From positions 1 through 37,689 of the forward strand of contig JAEORO010000214.1 in the NCBI GenBank assembly GCA_016840855.1: DNA of 37,689 nucleotides, read 5' to 3'. Positions 26,735 to 36,719 of this stretch are shown here, piece by piece; position 1 is the stretch's first letter, and each line of letters opens with the position of its first letter. The position numbers and the translations under genes are program-made. The notes beneath the pieces are model-generated. The model worked only from the letters and a program-made list of their open reading frames with translations, ran no database searches and had not been told where the DNA came from. This DNA is from Candidatus Thorarchaeota archaeon (GTDB taxonomy: Archaea; Asgardarchaeota; Thorarchaeia; Thorarchaeales; Thorarchaeaceae).

Positions 26735-28411
26735 CTACTCCTTTTGATCACGAAGTTCTCTTCGTAGTATTTTTCCAACTTGCGTCTTTGGCAGGTCTTC
26801 TACAAATTCGATGTCCGTTGGAACTTTGTAGACTGCCATCTTTTCTTTGCAAAATGCTCGAATCTCATCGATAGTCGTTGTTTCACCAGGCTCGAGAACA
26901 ACAAATGCTTTGACTGTTTCCCCTCTAGTTTCATCAGGGATACCAATGACCGCGGCTTCGCGTATCTTTGGATGTTCGAAGAGCACTTCCTCTACTTCAT
27001 TAGGCCAGACTTTGTATCCTGATGCGTTTATCAGGTCCTTTTTCCGGTCCACAATATAGGTCCAACCCTCTTCATCCATTTTTGCGATGTCGCCGGTAAA
27101 CAACCATCCATCTTCGAGGACATCATCAGTTTCGTCAGGCCTATTATGATAGCCCATCATTATTTGAGGCCCTTTCACAGCAAGTTCTCCAATCTCTCCT
27201 ACAGGAAGATCTTTCGAGTGGTCCTCCAAGTCTACAATTTTGCAATCTGTACTTGGGAATGGTAGACCTATTGATCCTACCTTTCGAAGGTTCTTGTCCA
27301 ATGGATTCGAATGTGTCACAGGAGATGCCTCGCTCAGACCATATCCTTCTATGATGAGTGAATTCGTAACATCCTCAAACCTTTTTGTTACCTCAGGAGG
27401 TAAAGCCATTGCTCCTGCAATGGATAGCTTGAGTGAAGTGATGTCATATTTTGATGCCTCTGGGTGGCTGTAGATTGATATTGCCAGAGTTGACACGATT
27501 GGGAAAAAGGTAGGTTTCGTCTTATCAATCAATTCTAGCAAATGTTTGATATCTCTCGCGTTTGGTACCAGTACTATTGTCGATCCCCAAGCAATAGCGA
27601 GATTCATAGAGATAGTCTGACCAAAGATATGCTGTAAAGGAAGGGCTGCAACAAATGATTCCTTTCCTCGTTCAGCTATCCAATCCATCCAGGCTGAACA
27701 CTGTTCGCAATTTGCCTTAAGATTATCATGAGTTAACATTGCAGCTTTGGGAATCCCAGTTGTACCACCTGTAAACTGATAGACAGCAATATCTACGCTC
27801 GAGTTAATGTCTACCGGTGGAGCTTCAGGGACTGTGTCAGCTAACCATGTGTTCCATAGATGATCGCCCTCACGAAGTGGAGGAACTTCCTTCATCTCTT
27901 TCTTATACACAATCTTTGGAGCTAGGATTTGTTTAATCTTACTCATCATGTCCCATGCTGCTGTGACTATCACATTCTCAAGTCCAGTTTCATCACGCAC
28001 AGCTTCAACAATCTTATAGAAGAAGTTGAGAACGACAATAGTCTTTGCTCCACTGTCCTGCAAGTAGACACGCAATTCCTTTGGCATTGCTAGTGGATTG
28101 ATTGGTGTAATAATTGCTCCACATTTCAACGCTCCATAATATGCGATGATGAATTGTGGACAATTATTCAACATAATTGCCACACTATCTCCTTTCTTAA
28201 CACCCAGCTTAGTAAATCCATTTGCTGCTCTATCCACGAGCTCACCGAGCTCTCGGTACGTGATTTTCACTCCTTCATAATATAATGCGATATTTTCTGG
28301 ATAGGTCTTGATAGCATGATCAAGACCTGCCCATAGGGGTCCATCAGGTACCGTGATTTCCTTTGGTGTATCACCAACATAATTCTTGTACCAAGGTCTG
28401 TCCAATTTCAC
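26735..28411 (-). CDS. fadD: Long-chain fatty acid--CoA ligase
   Basis: FTGGTTGIPK, EGYGLSE, TGDI, DRKKDLI...SGYKVWP, PKTQVGK. Confidence 0.92.
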   Translation of the reverse strand: MKLDRPWYKNYVGDTPKEITVPDGPLWAGLDHAIKTYPENIALYYEGVKITYRELGELVDRAANGFTKLGVKKGDSVAIMLNNCPQFIIAYYGALKCGAIITPINPLAMPKELRVYLQDSGAKTIVVLNFFYKIVEAVRDETGLENVIVTAAWDMMSKIKQILAPKIVYKKEMKEVPPLREGDHLWNTWLADTVPEAPPVDINSSVDIAVYQFTGGTTGIPKAAMLTHDNLKANCEQCSAWMDWIAERGKESFVAALPLQHIFGQTISMNLAIAWGSTIVLVPNARDIKHLLELIDKTKPTFFPIVSTLAISIYSHPEASKYDITSLKLSIAGAMALPPEVTKRFEDVTNSLIIEGYGLSEASPVTHSNPLDKNLRKVGSIGLPFPSTDCKIVDLEDHSKDLPVGEIGELAVKGPQIMMGYHNRPDETDDVLEDGWLFTGDIAKMDEEGWTYIVDRKKDLINASGYKVWPNEVEEVLFEHPKIREAAVIGIPDETRGETVKAFVVLEPGETTTIDEIRAFCKEKMAVYKVPTDIEFVEDLPKTQVGKILRRELRDQKE

Positions 28412-28444
28412 ATCTCCTCTCTTCTTCGATCAGAAGCGGATTGG

Positions 28445-28486
28445 CTCGACGTTTGGCGGCACCCATTTATCCTTTCCGATAAAAAA
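28445..28486 (-). promoter_or_regulatory. fadD TATA box plus 16-nt motif GCCGCCAAACGTCGAG
   Basis: Minus strand TTTTTTAT (28486-28479), 18-nt spacer, motif at 28460-28445. Confidence 0.6.
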
Positions 28487-28491
28487 TGACA

Positions 28492-29700
28492 TCATCCATT
28501 AGTTTTGAAACCAAGTGCTTCTCGAAGACACACTTGCATTGTGCGTAACACCAATTGCCTAACATCAACTTCCCTCTCTGAAGATTCCGCCATAGCTTCT
28601 GAAACTATGTCTTGGATCATTTTGTCTTTGCTTCCAATATGAAAAAGAAGATCAGTAAATGGACTAGTGAAGATCTTTTGTGCTAGTAATTGATTTCGAA
28701 AATCATCACCAAAATCTGATTGCCAAAGCCGCTGATATTTTGCTAGCGATTGCGCATCGAAGGCACCATTTTCAAGTGCATATGAAATGACATTAGCTGC
28801 ATGACGTGCAGCTTTCATAGCATACGCAATTCCTCCACCTGTGAGTGGACTGACATGACCTGCAGCGTCTCCTAGGATTAAACATCGATTACTAAATGTT
28901 ACATTAATAGGACCCGCAGTCGGTACTAGTGCTCCTTTCGCTCTACTTAGATCTGTAGATTTTGGTAGTAGGTCTAAACTCTTGAGGTACCGTATGAATG
29001 AATCAAATTCATTAGGAAGTCCTTTCGCGTGGGTTCCTACGACTCCAAGGCCCACATTGATTGTGTCTTGTTTAGGGAAGATCCAACCATACCCTGGCTT
29101 TCCACCAAGGTTTGAAAAGAAGTGGTACTTCAAATCATTTGTATACCTTTCAATGATGGTATTTGGTGCTGCAGGAATTTCGCACACTCTACATGCAGTT
29201 ATACTTGAGTTAGGCCACCGATTGTTAAGTTGAGTTTCACGAGCAACCATACTTGTGACACCATCAGAACCAATGACAGCCTTGCCCTTTACTGACGTAC
29301 CGTCTGCAAGCTCAACTGTTACAGCATCATCTCGAAAAACCACATGTTTAGCTCTTGTACCAGTTAGCGGTAATGCACCTAATGCTATTGCCTCTTCAAG
29401 TAAGACATTGTCAAAATCCATACGCAGCGTCAGTGCCATATCGACTCTCCCTTCAAGAGCAATCTGTCTATTAGGAGAATGAAGTACACCAATTCGTGCA
29501 ATGCCTTTCAAGAAATCAGATGCCCTTGGTTTCAAATATTTGAACTCCTCAATGATACTTCGTGAAAATCCTCCTCCACATGGTTTGTCTCTTGGGAATG
29601 TATCTTTATCAACAATACAGATATTGTGTCCTTTTTCTGCGAGAGAGCGAGATGCTGTAGCTCCACCAGGTCCTGCTCCTATCACAACAACATCATACAT
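28492..29700 (-). CDS. Geranylgeranyl reductase family flavoprotein
   Basis: GAGPGG, RDKPCGG, YGWIFP, GDAAGHVSPLTGGGI. Confidence 0.92.
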   Translation of the reverse strand: MYDVVVIGAGPGGATASRSLAEKGHNICIVDKDTFPRDKPCGGGFSRSIIEEFKYLKPRASDFLKGIARIGVLHSPNRQIALEGRVDMALTLRMDFDNVLLEEAIALGALPLTGTRAKHVVFRDDAVTVELADGTSVKGKAVIGSDGVTSMVARETQLNNRWPNSSITACRVCEIPAAPNTIIERYTNDLKYHFFSNLGGKPGYGWIFPKQDTINVGLGVVGTHAKGLPNEFDSFIRYLKSLDLLPKSTDLSRAKGALVPTAGPINVTFSNRCLILGDAAGHVSPLTGGGIAYAMKAARHAANVISYALENGAFDAQSLAKYQRLWQSDFGDDFRNQLLAQKIFTSPFTDLLFHIGSKDKMIQDIVSEAMAESSEREVDVRQLVLRTMQVCLREALGFKTNG

Positions 29701-29800
29701 ACTTCATACCCACTCGCATGTTTCAGTCTAAATCATACAATCTTAAAAGTTGACCACATCAACCTTATTTACACTTAAAGTTGAAACAAGAGAGAGTATC

Positions 29801-31387
29801 ATGAGTCAGCTTCTTGAAGCACGCAGAAGTCTTCGACGGCGCGTAAACCTAATACCAAAATATGATGTTTTTGTCCATCGTTTCATAACAGCTATATTGA
29901 TTGTAGATATGATACTGATACTCTATGCTATGATCTCAGTTACACTTGGTATGACTCTAGGTGGAGTTGGATTTATTGACTCATTGCCACTTGCCCTGTA
30001 TATTCTACCACTATTTGTATTTCTCCCAATTATGATTCGATCTTATCATCGAGACCGACTTGCCATATGGAATTTCATATTTCTAGTAATATGCACAGTG
30101 TTCTTTGGTATGCTCTCTGTTCTTGTACGAGGTTTCATCCTTTGCTTGGTACTTAATGTTGCCGCGTTATTTCTTGTATTCATTATGGGACGGTTTCGAC
30201 CGAGAGGAACACTTAGAGATGTAGGGAAGAAAGGTGTTGTTTTTCTTATTCTCGCAAACTTATTGGGGCTCGCATTTCCAATTACAACTGTTTTAATGGG
30301 TCAATATCCAATAGCCACAGTAACAGTAGATGCAGTATCTGAAATCCGGTTCAGTGTTCCCTTGGCTGATTTTGACTTTCCATATCAGAATCTTACTCCT
30401 ACACCGCAGTTGCTTTCTGCTATCCAAGTGAATAATTTCTTGGTTGATCTACACATACTTGAAAATGAAGACTCATCTTGGTCAAGACTAAGAACTTGGT
30501 TGGTTGCATTTAATGATACTGAAATATCATATTCAATTACCTTGACTGCAAATCGGGGTATGTTAGCAGGAAATAATCCACACTCATTAGCAACAACTGA
30601 GTTATTAGAAAATGTCTTTGAAAGCCATGGAAATGCTTTGTCACAGCTACTGGACAGCGAGTTGGCAGAAATTACCAATAGACCTGAATTTCTTCTATTT
30701 GATATGACCCTGTCAAGACAAGAATGGCAAGCACTAATGATGCGAACAAGAAACTTAGACCTCATTGGATTTGGAGATTTGATGCGAACATCAATCTATT
30801 CGATCGATAAAACTCGTATCGAGAATGCATCATCGACATTATATGGTGCTGCTATCGCATCGGGTATTTCTTCAGGTTTACTCATTGAAACCTTTGTACT
30901 GGATGACCTTATTGATGGTGACTCATTAACAATGAGTCTCTGTGGAGTTACATCTTCTTCAATTCAAAACTGGGACAGAATATCAGTGTTGTGCAGTCGT
31001 TCACGATTTTCCTTTGAAATGAATGGTGATGTTGGAGAGTATTTGGTGCATTCATATTCGCGTTCAATCAGCAGACTGGAAAACACTTGGAGTATTAGAA
31101 TTGGAGAAACAGGCAACTCTACTGATGTGGTAGGTAGGATTGATAATGTATACGAAGATTTAGGCATATTGGTAAATGATATTGCGCTCGCATCTGGAAA
31201 TGGTGTAGCTCAAATCACTCTAAACTCACTTCCTTCATTCCTAACTGCATTTGGGAATGATTCGCTTTCAACCCTTCGAACATCCATCAATACAGCTCAA
31301 CAAGCAATTGCCACCTATACCTTTAGGATCTATGCATTCCGCGCTGTCTTTATTGCCATTGATTCATTTGATTATATCATGCTTTAG
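29801..31387 (+). CDS. Hypothetical protein: about 5 N-terminal TM helices plus large soluble domain
   Basis: Long ORF with hydrophobic N-terminal third; ATG at 29801 preferred. Confidence 0.75.
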   Translation: MSQLLEARRSLRRRVNLIPKYDVFVHRFITAILIVDMILILYAMISVTLGMTLGGVGFIDSLPLALYILPLFVFLPIMIRSYHRDRLAIWNFIFLVICTVFFGMLSVLVRGFILCLVLNVAALFLVFIMGRFRPRGTLRDVGKKGVVFLILANLLGLAFPITTVLMGQYPIATVTVDAVSEIRFSVPLADFDFPYQNLTPTPQLLSAIQVNNFLVDLHILENEDSSWSRLRTWLVAFNDTEISYSITLTANRGMLAGNNPHSLATTELLENVFESHGNALSQLLDSELAEITNRPEFLLFDMTLSRQEWQALMMRTRNLDLIGFGDLMRTSIYSIDKTRIENASSTLYGAAIASGISSGLLIETFVLDDLIDGDSLTMSLCGVTSSSIQNWDRISVLCSRSRFSFEMNGDVGEYLVHSYSRSISRLENTWSIRIGETGNSTDVVGRIDNVYEDLGILVNDIALASGNGVAQITLNSLPSFLTAFGNDSLSTLRTSINTAQQAIATYTFRIYAFRAVFIAIDSFDYIML

Positions 31388-32294
31388 GTGGCATGACATA
31401 GACCTCAAAGACTCCAGTCCAGATTTCGCTACTAGACTCAGCTTTTATGAGTAAATCTCCTCCGAAATTTACTCCTACTGGACTGGACTTGCCTTTCTTC
31501 CAGACATCTGAGAAAATCAAAGAGTGCAATTTATTTTGAAAATCCTCAGTGACCCTCTGAATCATACCATCGATATATGCCTCATCAATTCCCTGTGGAG
31601 AGAGATCTGCTGTTGTCCTAAACAGTCGCTCCTCACTAATGGCACCTTCAGTCTTATCAAATCTATAGCCAATTCCTCCTACTAGATAGAACTGACCTTG
31701 TGGAACTCGAGGTTCATCTCCGACGACTATCATTGAACCATCTGCTAGAAGGATATAAGTTGGTGCTGCAACATTAAATGGAATCGAGGCTGCTTCAACA
31801 GATACTTCATCCAGTTTCAGCTCTTTTGTCAAATACTCGTGCAAAGTCCTTACTCTACTATCAAATTGAAATGGGGCAATCTCACCAAGATGCAAGATGT
31901 TGCGTGCTTTCCTCAAAATGACATCCAATATGTGTTGAGCACTTTTTAAGAACTCAATACGTTCCTCCTTTTTCAGAAGGATATCACCAGCTGATATTAC
32001 TACTCTTAGAAAATCAACCGTCTTGAATTTGGAAATAATTGTACGACTCAGATAGGTCGATTCCTCTGTTTCTAGAAAACCTTCTTGGGATGCTACCTCG
32101 GATGGAATTGGTTCACCTAAATGGACTTGTACAACTCTGTTGCCTCTCTTAGATTTGAAAAAGATACCAACATCATAAGATTTCCGAGGAATATCTATTA
32201 ATTGCCGTACAAATGTTCCATCTGGAACAATCTCTTTTGCTTGTGCTTTTGCATAAATTTGTGTATATTTTGCAAAGAGATCCGTTCTTGACAT
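31377..32294 (-). CDS. Hypothetical soluble protein
   Basis: 305-aa ORF with GGGAG RBS; no motif recognised. Confidence 0.75.
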   Translation of the reverse strand: MSRTDLFAKYTQIYAKAQAKEIVPDGTFVRQLIDIPRKSYDVGIFFKSKRGNRVVQVHLGEPIPSEVASQEGFLETEESTYLSRTIISKFKTVDFLRVVISAGDILLKKEERIEFLKSAQHILDVILRKARNILHLGEIAPFQFDSRVRTLHEYLTKELKLDEVSVEAASIPFNVAAPTYILLADGSMIVVGDEPRVPQGQFYLVGGIGYRFDKTEGAISEERLFRTTADLSPQGIDEAYIDGMIQRVTEDFQNKLHSLIFSDVWKKGKSSPVGVNFGGDLLIKAESSSEIWTGVFEVYVMPPKA

Positions 32295-32370
32295 TTTCTT
32301 ATCTCCCGTAGTAACTTACTATTTCCAATGATGGCTATTATCATTTCGGGTGATTTACTTCGAGAATTAT

Positions 32371-32496
32371 TTATGCTCCATGACAGTTCGTACAAAGCTG
32401 TAATGGAAGTTCACCGCTTATGACGTAATGAATCGCTAGAAATGCAATGAACCCAATAATGATTACTAATAATATTATCTTGATGAATTTGTTCAT
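32371..32496 (-). CDS. 41-aa single-TM micro-protein ending in CxxCH; not in ORF track
   Basis: Hand translation MNKFIKIILLVIIIGFIAFLAIHYVISGELPLQLCTNCHGA*. Confidence 0.65.
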   Translation of the reverse strand: MNKFIKIILLVIIIGFIAFLAIHYVISGELPLQLCTNCHGA

Positions 32497-32618
32497 TTGT
32501 TATAGATATCGTCACTCTCCTATCTATTTTGCTGCGGACAATGAACAAGAATATGAGCGACAAATTATAAAGCAGGCAAGTAAACAAATCGGCTCGTGCT
32601 CTAGGAAAGGTATTCAAC

Positions 32619-32918
32619 ATGTACAGAAAAAAGATTGGTGTTTTACTTGTTATTTTAGGACTTGTGCTTTTCATAGTTTCTCTATTTTACATCCTTCCTA
32701 TACCTGATTTGTACATCTTTTCCTTATTCATGATGTTCATTGGAGTTGTTCTAATAGGCATCGGAGCCGCATTTGCTAGACGTGCTGACAGGTCTCTTGA
32801 TATTCCAAAAGATAATTGCTACTACTGTCAAGGTACCGGCAAGATCAAAAATGGAGATGAATATGAAACATGCCCTCGTTGCGGTGGAACTGGTCTAGCT
32901 CGAGCCGATGACACATGA
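32619..32918 (+). CDS. 2-TM protein with DnaJ-type zinc finger (two CxxCxGxG), no J domain
   Basis: CYYCQGTG...CPRCGGTG after two TM helices. Confidence 0.85.
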   Translation: MYRKKIGVLLVILGLVLFIVSLFYILPIPDLYIFSLFMMFIGVVLIGIGAAFARRADRSLDIPKDNCYYCQGTGKIKNGDEYETCPRCGGTGLARADDT

Positions 32919-32962
32919 AGAATGTTACATAACTACTCAAACACTACCTGGAGAATACCATT

Positions 32963-33661
32963 ATGACAACACCAATTATTATCGGTCATAAAGGTGCATC
33001 TGGATACGCTCCAGAAAATACTCTGCTCTCATTTAAGCGTGCTTTAGAGTTAGGCGCAAAGATGATTGAGCTTGATGTTCATGAAACAATCGATGGAGAA
33101 TTGGTTTGTATCCATGATTCTACCGTAGATCGCACCACCAACGGGACTGGTGAAGTTCATACACTAACCTACAAAGAATTGCTTACCCTTGATGCAGGCG
33201 AAGGAGAATCTGTTCCTCTTCTTGCTGATGTTCTAAAATTTGCTTCGGGTCGCATCCAAGTTAATATTGAGCTCAAGGTGATTGGGGTAGAACAGACGTT
33301 GCTTGATATGATAAATCGATTGGAAATGCTTCAAGAAGTCATAATCTCCTCCTTCTATCATGGTACACTTCAAATAATACGAGAACTTAACAATTCAATT
33401 CAAACTGCCATCCTGATTAACACCCGCAAAAAAGACCTTGTTCAGTATACGTTAGACTATCGAGCAAATGCTATCAATCCTCTTTACGAATTAGTCACTC
33501 CTGAACTTGTAGATGAAGCACATCAAGCTATTTTGAAAGTCTATCCTTGGACAGTAAATGATACACAGGTTATGAGGGAGCTCCTTGCATTTGGTATTGA
33601 TGGTTTGATTACTGATTTTCCAGACAAAGCAGTAAGTATTCTGAAGGAGCGTGATTATTGA
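32963..33661 (+). CDS. glpQ: Glycerophosphodiester phosphodiesterase
   Basis: GHKGASGYAPENT, ELDVH, HDSTVDRTT, NIELK, WTVND, GLITDFP. Confidence 0.93.
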   Translation: MTTPIIIGHKGASGYAPENTLLSFKRALELGAKMIELDVHETIDGELVCIHDSTVDRTTNGTGEVHTLTYKELLTLDAGEGESVPLLADVLKFASGRIQVNIELKVIGVEQTLLDMINRLEMLQEVIISSFYHGTLQIIRELNNSIQTAILINTRKKDLVQYTLDYRANAINPLYELVTPELVDEAHQAILKVYPWTVNDTQVMRELLAFGIDGLITDFPDKAVSILKERDY

Positions 33662-34404
33662 GTGACTCCTTTAACGAATTCAGTAATCAGCGGAAAAGCT
33701 ACTTCCCTCGTTGGATGACAGCTGATTACATGTTCTGCTCCTTCGATGATATGTATCTCCTTCTTCTTAGATGTAATGCTACGATACGCTAGCTGTCCAC
33801 TTGTTGGATCAATGGTTTTATCCTCATCTCCCTGAAGTATGGCTGTCGGTAGTTTAACTTTAATCATCCTTTCTTTCGCTATTTTCTGGAGCTTGAAGAA
33901 CTCATGATATGCAGAGATCGGTTCTTTGTTATACTTGGTTCTCTTTACATCATAGACGAGTTGCGCAGTTTCAACATCAATTTCTCTATACTTTACAATG
34001 TACTTCAACAAGGGTACTAACTTTGGTAGAAAACCAGGTATCTTTAATGCTGGTGCAATAAGAACCAACCCATCAATTCCAGATTCTTCTGATGCCAATA
34101 ATATTGAAAGTAATCCTCCCATGGAAAACCCAACGACGAAGATATATTTGGGATTCCATGAACGAACAACATCGAATCCTGCCTTGGTTGATTGGTACCA
34201 ATCTTGCCACGATGTTGTCTTCAGATCTTCTGGAGTGGTTCCATGTCCTGCTAGCTGCACAGCAAAGGATGCATATCCTTCATTCGATAGATAATTTCCT
34301 AGAGTAGCTAGTTCATCGGCTGATGCACAAAACCCATGTACTAATAGAAATGCAATAGTTGCCTTGTCAGGTCTAATTGTAATACCATTTACTTCTGGAG
34401 CCAA
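33655..34404 (-). CDS. Carboxylesterase/monoacylglycerol lipase-like alpha/beta hydrolase
   Basis: LVHGF, LAGHGT, GFSMGG, GDED, AEH. Confidence 0.9.
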   Translation of the reverse strand: MAPEVNGITIRPDKATIAFLLVHGFCASADELATLGNYLSNEGYASFAVQLAGHGTTPEDLKTTSWQDWYQSTKAGFDVVRSWNPKYIFVVGFSMGGLLSILLASEESGIDGLVLIAPALKIPGFLPKLVPLLKYIVKYREIDVETAQLVYDVKRTKYNKEPISAYHEFFKLQKIAKERMIKVKLPTAILQGDEDKTIDPTSGQLAYRSITSKKKEIHIIEGAEHVISCHPTREVAFPLITEFVKGVTQ

Positions 34405-34434
34405 TTTCTAGTACATTTCCTTTCTAGTGTATTT

Positions 34435-36372
34435 CTAGATTGACCTCTTAAATTTGAAGCCTTCTCGCAACATTCCTAATCGAATTCCTGCAAGTAGCCA
34501 GCCAATAATTGATAGAATCTCACTACTCACAACAAATGTCACCATGATCGATACCATTAATGCAATCTGCTGAGGTGTGGGAACACCCGCGAATACTATC
34601 ACAACCATAATTACAACTATTGCAGCGACAACAAGGCTTGCCATTGTTGCTATCTTGATTAGTGTGCCTTCAAAGAAATTCCCTTTATCCACTAAATCAT
34701 TTGAAAGATTTAGATTCAATGACATAACTAATACAATGCTAATCGAATAGAGCGCTAGAAGTAAAGCAGCCCCAGTATTAGCTTCGTGAGCTGCACTCAG
34801 GTTGCCTGCAATTGCTGGAATCATGAATGAAAATAGAACACTTGCACCTACTAGCACCCCACCTGTCGAATAGCCTCGACCATAAGAATAGCCAGCAAGT
34901 GACACATTTCTCAAGAGTAGTACCAGCAATGGTAGAGCAATGATAGCAGGTCCTTGCACAGCAGCTGGAATTAGTGGTATCAATGTGATGTTAAACCATC
35001 GATTTGTGGGCCAAAGCGCAAGTGGTCCACTTCCAAAACCACCCAACAAAAATGCAATGATGGCAAATGATGATGCCAGACTAACAACAACTGTTAGAGC
35101 TGCCTGTGAGAAGCCTGTAAGTCCTCTAATCAAAGTTTCAGCGATTAAGAAACATTGAGTGATAATTACTAATATCCATGGGATCAGCACAAGAGGTAGC
35201 AAGACATAGGGGTGGACCATTATGAACACTGCAAGAACTACCATTGGAATCCCTGTAACTATGTCTGTTTTTGCAGTGTACGCAGCTCCCATGAGAAAGA
35301 TTATCCCTGCTGGAGCTGTCACTAGGAAAAAGCCCCATGCACTCACTCCCGCAAAGCGAGCACCAGCCTGACCTGCGGAAACAATTCCAATTAAAGCTAG
35401 AAACAGCATGAACCATTTGATTCCACCTTTGATAATGTCCTCACCAATCGCAGCTGCCTTTAGCTCTCGCGCACCTAGTCGTGGTGCAAGCATTATCCAG
35501 TATAACATCATACTAACTAATCCAAACACAAGAGCTGGATTTGTTTGATATCTAACATTGGTAGCCAGGGTGCTCCAGGGAACCCATACCTCATATCCTC
35601 CTTCGGATGCAATTGGTCCCATGAGTACAGCAGATATGCCTAAGATGAATGTTAAAACTCCTGTAATTGCAAACGCAAATTTTGCTTTCTCAGTACTTCT
35701 TGCATATTCACGAATGGTATCAAATGGTCCCCACCAGAAGAGAAACGCAAACAATTGGCCAAGTAGAAGACTTCCGTATGCTACATAAATGAGAAGAGGG
35801 GATATTGCCTGGCCTACAGCAAGTATCGGAATGAATAATGCGTTAAATGTTCCTGCAAGGATACCAATCCAAGACTTGCTTGAATCAGTATAGACCACTG
35901 CTATTAGTTGCCAAGCAATCACAAAGAAACTTCCCATGAAATAAATTGATGTTAGAAATCCAGGAATGAGTGAGTCACCTATCACAGCGAGGAACTGAGT
36001 TGGGAAGGAATAAGCAAGTACTGCAGCAAGGAGAAATCCTACCCATATGACGTTCACATAACCAGATCCTAGAAAGCTTCCAAGATTTCGAGAACCGAGC
36101 GCTTGTAAAAATAGACAGACCGCCATTAATATCATAAATGCTGTAACATAGATGAAATATTGCGAATCTCCTTCAATCGTCCATACAAATGGTGAAAGTG
36201 TTTGAACTTGCCAATTTAGAGAGGAGATAGGAATCAAGCTTTTCCCGATGAGAAGACCAAATGCCGCAGCAATGATGCCAAATACACTACCAATACTAGC
36301 AAGCTTGCCAATCCTCTCACCTGATCGAAGCGTACTACTCGTTTCCTGTATTGTTGAGCTAATCTCGGCCAT
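34435..36372 (-). CDS. Large hypothetical polytopic membrane protein (roughly 17-19 TM)
   Basis: Almost entirely hydrophobic ORF; ATG at 36372 follows a GAGGA RBS (track start is 36387). Confidence 0.78.
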   Translation of the reverse strand: MAEISSTIQETSSTLRSGERIGKLASIGSVFGIIAAAFGLLIGKSLIPISSLNWQVQTLSPFVWTIEGDSQYFIYVTAFMILMAVCLFLQALGSRNLGSFLGSGYVNVIWVGFLLAAVLAYSFPTQFLAVIGDSLIPGFLTSIYFMGSFFVIAWQLIAVVYTDSSKSWIGILAGTFNALFIPILAVGQAISPLLIYVAYGSLLLGQLFAFLFWWGPFDTIREYARSTEKAKFAFAITGVLTFILGISAVLMGPIASEGGYEVWVPWSTLATNVRYQTNPALVFGLVSMMLYWIMLAPRLGARELKAAAIGEDIIKGGIKWFMLFLALIGIVSAGQAGARFAGVSAWGFFLVTAPAGIIFLMGAAYTAKTDIVTGIPMVVLAVFIMVHPYVLLPLVLIPWILVIITQCFLIAETLIRGLTGFSQAALTVVVSLASSFAIIAFLLGGFGSGPLALWPTNRWFNITLIPLIPAAVQGPAIIALPLLVLLLRNVSLAGYSYGRGYSTGGVLVGASVLFSFMIPAIAGNLSAAHEANTGAALLLALYSISIVLVMSLNLNLSNDLVDKGNFFEGTLIKIATMASLVVAAIVVIMVVIVFAGVPTPQQIALMVSIMVTFVVSSEILSIIGWLLAGIRLGMLREGFKFKRSI

Positions 36373-36719
36373 AACTGAATTCCTCACTTGGTGACGGTCA
36401 CCATCAGTCGCGTGATACGAAGATGAGGGGTATAAATGCCTACCGATTGACGAAAGACCATCATTTGACTCGCTTGCTCTAAACTAAATACGCTATGATA
36501 GATTAACATAGGGCTCAGTCTCATGTTACATAGTATCTTTTGTTTTTGATCGATCAGAGAGAAGAACAGGACTTTATGCTTACTCCATGGTTATTATCAA
36601 ATCTGTTGTGCAACAATCCATTTTGTTTTATTGCCAAAATAACTCTAGATTTGACAGCGCTTCTCTGTAAGACTTAATACCTGCATAATTAGGCAGTATA
36701 CTATAGGTGGTGAATACTT

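Noticed and set aside
32411-32707. Track ORFs 32411-32674 (-) and 32447-32707 (+)
   Set aside because: They overlap the better-supported CxxCH and DnaJ-finger genes and have no recognisable protein features.
36389-36403. Palindrome TGGTGAC-G-GTCACCA in a 5' leader, and short ORFs in 36420-36700
   Set aside because: A single short occurrence with no second copy; the nearby ORFs I checked are very short and lack an RBS.
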